Assembly: GCA_002633005.1 (NCBI GenBank)
Contig: NMRA01000251.1
Span: 187,997-251,996, forward strand
DNA from: Phoronis australis
Lineage: Eukaryota; Animalia; Phoronida
Reading direction: 5' to 3'
Length of the DNA: 64,000 bases
The notes under the pieces are model-generated. The model was not told where the DNA came from and searched no databases. It saw nothing but the letters and a program-made list of their open reading frames with translations. Below, piece after piece: positions 25,701 to 37,700 of this stretch; positions within the stretch are counted from its first letter, which is position 1; the number at the start of each line of letters is the position of its first letter. Both the position numbers and the translations under genes were made by a program.

Positions 25701-28700
25701 TATTAACGCTGCTTATACCGAACTTGCTACCAAAGGCGTTTGATTAGTTTCTGATACGCAATTGGTCACTAAACAGCCAATCAATTATTTAGGACACACT
25801 AATTTCCTTTTCCGGCTGTTTCGTCTGAGTAAACATGGTCGCAGTGTTTTTTTATTTTTATTTCGATCGTATCGCAAGCGGAAGAACCGTGGTGAAATCT
25901 TACAAAGAGAGAATCAACAGTAATAGAGTAGATAGAAGAAATTTTTAACGAGAAAATAAAACTACAAAACTCACAGCCCATTCTCTCTTACCGACGTCAT
26001 CATCATCAATTACTTTAATTTAGGTCAACCCTAAAATCTCCCAACTTTCACATGCCAAATGTTTAAAAGAAAATTAAGTTGAGACTCGTAACGGATAGAA
26101 AGCAAACCTGATGGAATCCAAATTCTCTACCCGAGATCCCCGTTTTTATGTGCAGTTCTGCGCTGAAAATGTTCCAAACTACGCTAATTTAAACCATTAA
26201 AAATGTAAAATGAAATTTGCGCCATCGGAAGTGCCAAATTTGGAATTTACGTAATAGACACCCCTATTCAATGAACTAGGCCAGTCGTTCCTGCAAAATT
26301 GTGATATGTTCATCTCACGACCCATCCAATAGACGGTGTTCCAGTCACATTAGTGCCTTGCAAATCTTGGGATCAGTAAGACTGTTCAAGATATCTCGTC
26401 GGTTCCCTGCGTGCCGCTAGGCTGGAGCCAGCACTTCATTTTCCTCGGGAATTTTTTTTACACCGGCATTTCTGAATGGTTGGCCGAATTCTCAACAGGC
26501 AGCGCTTTACGCAAACAAACTGCCATCACTGATGCAGGAAGTGTAAATTTGGTCTGTTGTACAAAAAATTCCGTGCTTAAAATTCATGTTCAAGAAATGT
26601 AAATCCCAGAAAATTGTGGTTGCTTCTTTTCGGAGTGCATTTTTGTACTGTCGCTGACTTTAGTTTACGTTGTGGTCCTGTATCCATACAATGTGAACAA
26701 CACACCTGTTACAGTAAGTCTGCCGGATGAAGGCGTGTTTATTGTACATGTATTAGCTTTAAGTACGCAGCTATTACATATTGGGCCTACTGCAGAAACG
26801 AAATAGTTGCTTCTAAGCCACTTGCATGAAAAGGCAAAAAATTGTTCATAGTCCGCCATTTTCCCACTGTGTTGTAAAGCTAACCAATGACTGCCGAGGT
26901 TACATCAACTACTAAAGCGCCTGCTACCTGCGAGCTAGCTACCACGCGGCACGCGGGGAACTACCGAGTTCAAGATATATCATGCTCTTTACTTTCAAGC
27001 ACGTGATCAAACTAGCTTCTTTCACGTGATTCTTTCGTCTCTGGGACTCACACTAGGTGTATCCGTGAAGAGCGAACCCAGTGTAGCCAACCAAATGCCA
27101 TTGAATACCGGATAAGTCTGAGAAACGATGTTACTCTGCGTCAACTTAAGTTATCGTTATAATGCTCCACGAGCTCAACTTAAGTATGGCAAAAGCGTCC
27201 TGCATAATTGCAGAAGATTCTACAACATATTCTTTTCATTGAGTTCCCGATGACAAATAGATGATATTGTTGCCGGCACGAGCCAAACAATCACCAACGG
27301 CTTTGCCGGAAAGACAAACGTTAAGCAAAGCAACACACTCGCGACTTGTTGAAATCCAGTAAAAAATTATAACCCCAGTCCTACCAAAACAGTGAGTTTT
27401 ATTCAGATGGAAAAATATTTAAACAGCTAAGTACCGTGACTTAATGTTACATGACACTTCTACAACAAGATTGGGTGTACTGGACAGCTATTCATTCCAT
27501 GGCACTCTGACTAACGATAGGGTAAACTTTTAACACTCGATGAGGCAGCGCAAATTCTTGTTGGTAGCCACTAGTGTTCCGGCTCACGGACATGTAAATA
27601 CACGTTCAACCGTGCAGTTAGCGAGGCCATGTGTCCGCTACACACCGATGCCGTTCCACACAGATCAATGCAACTCAATCGCATCAGGTACTTGTAAATA
27701 AAAAACGAAATATCTGCGCTATGTTTGAAGACAAATTCTTCAGTGGAAAGGTTTTAAAATGATCTTGATGTTTTCAGCGCCATTACGTAAATCGATAATT
27801 TACAATGAAAATGACCGGGCTTGTTATAAAACTATGTTTCTTCTAACGTTTGTATCTATGTGTACAAATGACGATCGAAGGATGCATAAGCGCATGCCTA
27901 GATTGACTGGAAGCTACACTTTGATTAAAATGTCGGAACTACATTGTATCTACTTCAAAATCATCGTTTGTGTGCTCAGTTTCTGTCTAGGACAGGGCAA
28001 GACTGACGTGTTCGATTTTGAAAGATATAACATGATGAAGACCCCCTTACAGAATGCTTTCTCATACATGTACGAGTTGACGCCTTCTTGTCTCTTCTGC
28101 AGCCATGTTGAAATTATTTGACAGCATCACGAAACTACCAATCTCATTTCGGTACACAACCACTAACCCAAAAACAAAGATGGTCCAGTTTCCCGATAAT
28201 CAAGAAATCAATTCCTTTTTATTTTTTTCTTCTGTTAAAGACAAAGTAGTGTCAATTTCGGTACATCGCTGACTGGGTAAAGAAAACAACAATGGTTTTA
28301 AGTCGACTTGACATGTTTCGGTGTCATTTATTCAAACACCATCATTATCAGTGGCCACCTAACTAGGCCCAGCTACAAGTAATGGAGCACAGATACAGTC
28401 ATTTACAAGGAGTGACAATGAACTAGACCAACAATGACAACCTGTGGTGTGCCAGTTGCCTATTGAGATTGGGGTTGAACCAACTGATGTGTAGAGCCTC
28501 ACGAATTTTAAGCAACACTGTTGTTACTGTTTCGTTGGTCTATTATTGCAAAGTCATTGAAAGAGCACTGCTGATAACAATGATTAGAGCTCTGTAGGTG
28601 AATATTTACATGTACATGTGAACTTCTGTCAGAATTTAGATTTCCTTGGTCCTGGTTTTCAAATGGCGAACAGTTTCGCCTATACAACAGGAGCCACATC

Positions 28701-31700
28701 CAGCATAGATACTTTAAATTTGTACACTACCCTGGACTTTAGACCCATAGGAATTTTGTCCTTAGGGTTAAATAAATTCGACCGTTTTAGGGACTTGAAT
28801 GTTAAATTAACACAGTAATCATTCACCAATTTGTTGAGCATTCTCTCTTCTGATGATGGTGTTTGAATAAATGACACCAAAACATGTCAAGTCGACTTAA
28901 AACCATTGTTGTTTTCTTCATTATATTGAATTCTTTGTATATCGTCTGTCAATTTGTAGGTCTTGATGTTTTGGTGAGGTCTTAGCGTTACTGAACGGGA
29001 GACAAATATTAATTGGCTAAATTTCAATTGCAGGTGTAGGAGAAACAGAGCAAAATAATCTGGCCTCGATTATTCGCGGCGTCTTATCGAAGATCGAACA
29101 GGCTACCTGTTTGAAGTTTGCAGAACAGACTGCGCCCTCTGGTGCCTATATTGTATTCACGTGGGGATCCGGGTAACTATGAAAGGCAGCATTATATCAA
29201 ACAGTGAATGACAGAATTAACAAATAGAAGTCGTGCAATCAAATGACAATGTTTCAACCTAACTAGTAACATCACCGTAATCATGAATCTAAAAAATAAG
29301 TCTGGATTCCATTTTGTCGGGCAGTTACTTGGAACTCCTGGCCAATCCATATAACTAAATATGTCGCATATATCGCGCTGTTCCCCTAATATCTGAGCAA
29401 GAAATGCTATCTTCATCCACAGTTATAATCTGTAGTATAATTTTGTTTGACTTAGGATTGCTTTATGTTTTTTAATGGAACGTAAGGAGACTTTGTTACA
29501 TGTATTGCTGACAGCATTTCAATTGCATTGATGTACGAAGTGAGGTGCGCATTTTGAAAGACACTTGCAATTTTAATGAAATCCCAATCGTCTAAAATAC
29601 GACTGGGTACTGAAGTTGGCGTGTTAACGTGGAAGTTGGGAACCTTTTGCGCAGATCAGCGGGGGTATGTACATGTAACTTAAGTAGCCAAAACCAGACA
29701 TTGGTTTAAATGACTTTCTTAATTCAGTAATATTTTATTAATACATCGTTTTCTTACATTCACCGACACTGAGCCCATCGAAGTGTTTAATACACACTGC
29801 ATTGAATACCCGACTTTCCTCCTTTCTAGATGTACCTCTAGCGTCGGCCGGATAGGTAGTGCGCAGTACATCCGACTCTACTACAGTACGGGGCTTAGCT
29901 GCTTCACAGTAAGTCATTCAGCACCAATGGATTTAGTTGCACATCCTCGGGGAATGACGATACCTATTGTGGACGCTTCGGCGAAAGTGTTGCTTGTAAT
30001 TACGTTCGTAATAACAAAGTCTTCGCGCGTTTTTTGGCTACCGATATCGTTCACTCGTACTAACGTTCGTATTTAAAACCAAAACTTCGTTCGTGTTTTG
30101 CGAGCGAAATCTTTATGCCCAAAAATGGTTTGTATATGTACACTGTAGTTCATCTGTGCTCTGAAGAAGCTGAACGCTCGTATTTTTCGCTCGTAATTTA
30201 ACACTCGTAAGTTTAGCAAGTAGTGGTTAGATTTAAGTACTAGACCACAAGACCGCCAGCCATTAAACTAATAATCAGTTGATTTTTTTTTAATGCAAAT
30301 GGTTTGTTATTTAGATGTCTTGAATAAATAATGAGTGCATTTTCACCAGCATTTAGAAACTCTGCTACAATACATGTACTTCCGGAAAACCGTTTCAACC
30401 CATGCTTTTGGAATCTCATATGTCATCTGTGGCACTGTTAAGAATGAGAGGGAATGAAATTTGGCTTAAATATTGAAAAAAACGGTTTACGTCAACAAAC
30501 AAAATAAAATAACATAAAATAAAAAAAAATTCAGGCAACCTGTTGATTATACTTTTTGTTACTCATATATGTACTACAACAGACCTCTTTCAAATGCCTG
30601 GGATGGCTAGCGCAGCAAGTAAAAAAAATCAGTCAATCTTTGACATTTTTCAATGTTTTGCTCTTATATACTTTGCACCTTGAGATTTTACCTTCTGAAC
30701 ATTTTATAGCATGCGTAAAATACGAGCGTAGAGTTACGAGCGAGCAACTGCTTTAGAGCTCACGTGACCTACAAATCAATTTCTCATTTGATATATGCTT
30801 GTGATCGTAAAATGCGAGCGAAGTCTCGGTCGTAGTTACATGTACATGTACGAGCGTAATTATGCGCGACAATTTCGCCCGAACGGCCCCGACAGTTACC
30901 GGGTCAAAGTTTACTAGACTACTGTTTGTTAATGTAAGTGAGAGATGCGTCGCGTTTAGCACATACAAACAGAATGAGCAATAAGAATAGAGTAAATATT
31001 TGCAATCAAAACTTATACCTTATATTCTCATCCTTGATAAAATGCTTAGACGTTTTCGCTAGCAGCAAAGTGTCAGTGAACGGTCGCAAGAGTAACTTTT
31101 CCGAGCGCTTTGTTGGCGGTTCGAGTTAATCGTAAAACTAGTGCCGTTTTCATTATCACGTTTGTACCTTGGCCGCTTAGGATCCACATGCGAAGCGGTG
31201 AGAGGCCCATGCTTATTGGCAAATCAGTCAATTTATGGTACAATGTGAACGTCGGTTGGCATCAATTTTACTTAAACACTACTTGAGAGGTTACGAAACG
31301 AACTGACTGCTGGCGAAAACTGCCTTTTCCAGGCGCCGCTCGTCTGTCTGGCTGAAACGCTACACGATAATGTCATTTTAAATCATGTTGTCATGCAATA
31401 TAATTTACTTTGCACAATGGCTCCAACGCATGAATATGAATATGCTTTGAAGAAAATAAATAAAAAGTGAGCATTTAAAATGCAAACGCCGCAGAATTCT
31501 CGGGAACGTGGGGAAAAATAGCTCTGCAAAACCACTTCTAGATTTGTTTTGCAATAGAGCGGACTTTTTAAAGGTTCCTCATAGCCCCCTTCGAACATTG
31601 TACGCAAGCCTGGGAGGACAGATTGTGGGGAATCGTCCGTTTACGACGTTGGGTGGTGAATGGGAAATTTAGCTGTGAATTGTACGCAGAAGGGTTTTTC

Positions 31701-34700
31701 ACACTCCTTCGGTTTCGTTCTATCCGGGAATGGTCATTTTGTGTTGCAGTCAGGAATTATCGCTCACGAAACACTACACGCTCTTGGATTCGTTCACGAA
31801 CAGAGCAGAGACGACCGTGCGGGCCATTTAAAAATCTTGTGGGAAAACATACTGGAAACTAAGAAGCATAACTTCTACACAGTGGACACGAAGAATACTG
31901 GACCATTAGACTACCAGAGCTTAATGATGTACGGCGTACAGGTAATATTGGCAGAAGGAGACCCATGTTGCCTTTTACCGATGACCGGTGCCAACATTGA
32001 TTTCCCGAGGTCTCCCGAGATCTCTCGAGGTCTTCCTGCCCCATGCTGAAAATTGTACATGTACATGTATGATGGCTGACTTAAAATGCACCTTCCGCTT
32101 GCTGCTTTGATAACTGGCGCCAGTACTGGCAACATTGCTCAAAATTCTTGAGTTTTAGATGTCAAATTTGTGTTCCGATTTTCAAAATTCAATAACCTAA
32201 ACAGACACTCTTTTCACGACCTCTCAGGATATGTTAACTAAAAACATCCCTGGAGGGTTCATTCTTGGTCTTATTATCTAGATAACCATAACACCAGCAG
32301 CTTATGGCTCCCAGATTTGATGCCATTGCCTACAATTTCAAGGTGTCTTTGATTATAGTGACCGAATTCTTGATACACAAACCGATCGAGTTAGCCAATG
32401 GCGGCCGGTGAAGGTGTCATCGTGCATTCCTTTCATACCCAACGGATATTCATCAGTCTATAAATGTTTTAGTGATGTCGTCATCTGAAACTAAGCTCGA
32501 TTGTTGCTGTTTTGATTAACCCCCGTCATGTGCCCCACGATTATGCTGGGAACGTCAGGTTTGTATTCTTTGTGCAATGTGGAAAGGTTGGATTATGAAT
32601 TTGTTGTTAAGTAGTCAGTCGTGGAACATCGTCTCATAACGGATAGCATTGTAGAGGGCAGATGTATCAATGACCATATCATATCATATCAAACCGTGTT
32701 TTAAAATATTGTACAGTAAACTGCAGCGTTTGTGTTCCAGAGTTTCTCAGCGAACGGCAAGGATACCATTGAGCTGTCATCTTCCCCTGAATTGACGCGA
32801 CTAACGGGTCAAAGGTCATGGCTCTCGTTCTATGACGAGAAGTATGTCAACATTAGGTACAATTGCACAGGTTGGTGTTCTTTTGTTTATTGGTGTCAAT
32901 AAATGAAGGAGTATATTTACTGTAGGAATAATGACATTGCTTAAAAGGATTCTATACACTGTTTTGACGGTCTCAGCCAATCCTCTTTCTGTCGCCCGCT
33001 AATACACTGTACATCATTGGCGTTAGTCTTGAAATACGAAAGCGAAAATCAGCTGAAAAGCCATTAATTTACGTTTCGCAAATTACACAATATGATCCTT
33101 GGTGGGTGGTCTTTTCCCAAACTGGACTGGAAAATCGTTTTAGTATCTGTTATTAGACCAAAACCGGGTTTGATATCCTTTCAAATTACGCGTAGACTTA
33201 ACTTGTTGAATCAGGTAGTTCATCATGGGGTGGCTCACACAATTCCAAATTGAATGACGATCGCTAATGATGCCAATAAATCCCTTCGTATTCATGGTTG
33301 GTTGAAGTCTAATTCTTCAAAAGTTGTATATTATGGATTTTGTTCTTTCCTCACAAGTCCACAATGATTCTGACGTCATTTCCATTTAAGTCAAGGTGCC
33401 TACAAAGTCACACGTTACATTTTAGCCGGCTGTACTAATGACTGTAAAAATGATGGGTACAAGTTCAAGCAGAGTGACGGCACGTGCGTCTGTAAGTGCC
33501 CGCCGCTGTTCGAAGGGACCACTTGTCAAAAACTTAAAACTGACACAGGTAAGTCGAGTGTTCAGCATCGCTTGAAGGAGAATATTACTATTTGAGGCCT
33601 TTTTGATCAATGTGACATATTTTATCTGCTACAAAAGGTGATTTTGTGATGTTTTATTAACGTACGTGAGCGTTTTAAATGTAGTAGCTCGTCAAACCTG
33701 AAGCAAACTTCGGAACATCTCAGAAACGGCTTATTTGATTCATAATGAAATTTTCAGATCGATGTGAGAGATTTCTATTAAAATGTCCCCTTTTTGAATG
33801 AAGAGATATAGAAAGGTTATCATTTTTATGAAACATTTAAGTGGTATAAAACAAATGCGAAATGATATTTTAGCATTTTCGAGATCTCACCTTAAACATC
33901 AATGTCGATTCAAATCAAGTTATGCGTATCGTTTTTTGTTAAATGTTAATATAAAGGAAAGGCCACGGGATCAGTATATATTAAAGGGAAACGCAACCAT
34001 TTTCATATCATTTTATCAAAAATAAGGTACTTCGATTATCCCAGACATATATTTCACTTAATTTTAGCTTTTTGTAAGTTAATTCATTATTCCTCCTTTA
34101 CTCCGGAAGTGACATATTGGGAGGCAAGAATTTTGCGCCAATTTCTTTTGATATATTCTGACTGTGAGAGCTGTCGAGTCAGTAATAGTTATACCTCGGC
34201 TGTGACAAGTTCGGTCGTCGTATGCTTTTGTTTACGAGTAAGTCAACATGCCACACTGTTGCTGCGTATTGGGACGTGCTCATTATCGCCCAGCGTTTGT
34301 AAACAGCCCTTCTGCGATGTTGAGTAGAGGGAGTGAATACAGACACAGTTCGACACCAAGTGAAGAGGACAGTCCAATCAATAGATCGGTGAATCAAACT
34401 TTGATAAGTTTATTGAAGATTTGTCTAAAGTATTGGAGCTCTTTAGAAGGTGCCTGGTGTGTGGCGAAGGAGTCACACAGGGGGATGTAAGCAGTTTGTG
34501 TGATCAGGTCACAATCCAGTGGGAATGTGTCGCGGGACACTCGGAAAAGTGTGAAAATTATTCCTCTGTCCGTGAGACGTTAACAAGTACATCTCAGTAC
34601 GCAGCAACACTGTGGCATGTTGACTGACTCGTAAACAAAAGCAAACGACGACCGAGCTAATCACAACAGAGGTAGAACAATGACTGACTCGACAGCTCTC

Positions 34701-37700
34701 ATGGTCAGACTATATGAAAAGAAAGTGGCGCGAAATACTTGCCTCCCAAAACGTCACTTCCGAGTAAAGGACGAGTAATTGTTTAAATTATAAAAAGCTA
34801 TTATTATAATTAAATGAAAAATCAGTCTGGGGTTAATCAAAGAACCCCATTTTTGCTACAAATGACATGGAAAGATTGCCTTCGCTTTAAGGTCAAAAAT
34901 CTATCTTTTCAAGCTTTCTAATTTCAGAAAATATACATTCTATTAAACTGAAATGTATAATTATGGCCAAATATGTATACCTGTCAACAAAGTCATACAA
35001 AACCTTAGGTCACCGTTCGTCAACTCGCTTCCTTCTAAGTGTATGCTAACTTAAAAACGACGACGACGACTTTGCTGAGCGCGTTTAGTTACGTCATCAC
35101 GATGCACATGTCTGCTTGTGCTACAGATGAGCTATTAAGATGTGTGAGGTTCATTAAGGATAATGTAATTGGATGGACCAGGGTTTTATCTAAACTACTC
35201 AAGTGTAAATGTACCGTAGGTTTTCGTCCCCAAATTCCAGCCCATTGAGAAATTGGACTAATATCGTACACGTACATCAAATGAAATCATGGGAATTTTT
35301 AAAACATCAAGTTGAGAAAACAGATCAAGTTTGAGTCTAATACGAAGAATTTTATTCTGGAACCGGATGAGATAATAAAGTCGTTTGATGTTACTGCTCT
35401 GATCACTAGTATTCCTTCTCAAGATGCTCTGTCCATTGCTGAGGATTTCTTTGCCAAAGACCCAGACCTTGATTCGAGATGTTTCCTGTCAGTTGCTCAA
35501 GTTTGTGATCTTTTGTCGTTATGCCTTAACACTACTTATTTTGTGTTTAACCAGTTCCATTACATTCAACAGCATGGATGTGCTATGAGCTCGCCCGTAT
35601 CTCCCATAGCAGCAATCCTGTATATAGAGGTCTTCGAACAGCTCGTTCTTAGTCAATATCCTGGCCACCCAACTAGATTGTGGCTTAGATATGTTGACGA
35701 CACGTTTGTTATTATTCGCAAGAATGAACTCTCTGCTTTCTTCAAGTTCATTAATGAGTTTGACCCTAACATCAAATTTACCCGGGAACCCTGTAAAAAT
35801 GGCAAGCTACCTTTTCTTGACTGTTTAGTGTCCATTGAACAGGACCAATCATTTGACACAAAGGTTTACCGCAAGAACACTCACACTGACCACTATCTTC
35901 AATTTGACTCGAACCATCCTCTCATGCACAAGCTCGCTGTGATTCGCACTTTGAACCACAGAGCTAACACCATCATTTGTGATCCTTCGACCATTTATGA
36001 GGAACTGAACTACACTAAAGATGCTCTTGCCAAATGCTGTTATCCACGTTGATCGTTCACCAAAGCGCAAAGATCAGAGAGGAGAAAAGTAAGCACTCAG
36101 ACAACCACTACTGCTAGTTCTTATACTCGTGTGGTGATTCCTAACACCCAGGGCCTGTCTGGTCGCCTCAAGAGGACATTTAAACAGTTTGACATCTCTA
36201 TTATCCACAAACCATTTAATTCTCTCCGCAGCCAACTGGTTAATGTCAAGGACAAGACCCCCAAGGTGAATAAATCACGTGTTGTCTATGGTGTCAGGTG
36301 TGAGTATCCCCAGTGCTCAGACAGTTTCATTGGTGAAACAAAACAGTCCAATGAAATGCGTATGTCACAACATCGTCGACCTAATTACGGGAACACTTAT
36401 GAGTTGGCTATTTTTAGCCACATGTGCGCTACTCGACACGATTTTAATACGGTTGAGGAAGACTGGTTCAAAGGGGGTGCAAAGGAAGCTCTCCATGAGC
36501 GCATTGAGAGTCCCTCTTTAAATAAAAGAGGCGGTTTACGATTCGATTTGTCACACGCATGGGATGGTGTACTGACGTCAATGCCGCACCCTTTAGCCAA
36601 AACGCCACCAATTGGCCAGAATAACGATAACGTCACAAGCCAAGCTGAAGTCCGCGAGATGCGGACGCAACGTCGCTAACTTTTGTAAGTTTTAATTCCA
36701 GTATTAGACTCAAACTTGATCTACCTACATTAGTTGTTCAGTAAGAATTCGTAAGAGGTTTTGTCCTACGCAGGAATGGGTGATAAAACTAATACCAAAG
36801 GGATTGATTAGGTAAGTTACACATGACTGTGTTTGTATTATACTGTACTTGCTTACAGCGACATACCTGAAGCATTCTTGCTATGTTCTTTATACAAATT
36901 TCACAAAAATAACGAAAAAGGAAGTAACGGCAATGTCAATTAAAGCAATACAATGGCGAAAACGTGTTTCTGACAGTTTAATGGCTTATCGTTTGACGAG
37001 TCTTAGTCACGGTGAAGCTTTATCTAATGTTCTACCACACGTTTTGCTTGGAAAGAAATTGGAATTTTAAATATATTACAGAAAAATCAGTGTTGTTCAC
37101 TCGAACACCATACGTGTATATTGGGGGACGACCTACCGAAATAACTCTTAAGTTATTACCTTAAATAACTATAAACAATTGCATCGATATTAAATTCTAG
37201 CCGAAATATATTTAAGGACGCAAATACTGTTTTACATATACATTTAACTCGTTTTGGATTTTTAACTTCTTCTGCGACTACAACATAATTTCTTAGTACT
37301 ATTCAAAACAATTAAACACATCTACAATGGTGGCTTCGCTTGGATATTCTCTTGCAAAGTGATTCTCAATTTCAACATAACTTGAATTACAAACTTTACT
37401 CAGTCGTGCAGCAGTCTCTGTCCCAGCGAATTGACCTGCCCTGATTTCCAACAGAAACAAGACAGATCTCTGAGCAGAAGAGCAAAAACCATGAGTGTCA
37501 TACAGTAGCTAGACAGTGTCGCCGACTTTATGTTGTGGTACGTCATATCCCCTACGGCAAACCGTGTAAAAATGGTCATTTGCCGATTTGCGCAATTGAA
37601 CGAATGAATTCTCGAAAAAAATGTTTGATTACGGGAGCATATGTTCATGATGGAAGGCGTTGTAGAAATCGATAGTCTTCTAAGGTCTCTTTCAGTGCAG

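Noticed and set aside
36050-36052. In-frame TGA in the PLE as selenocysteine or programmed readthrough
   Set aside because: Context YPR*SF matches the usual YPxW of PLEs, so a simple nonsense mutation in a dead copy is more likely
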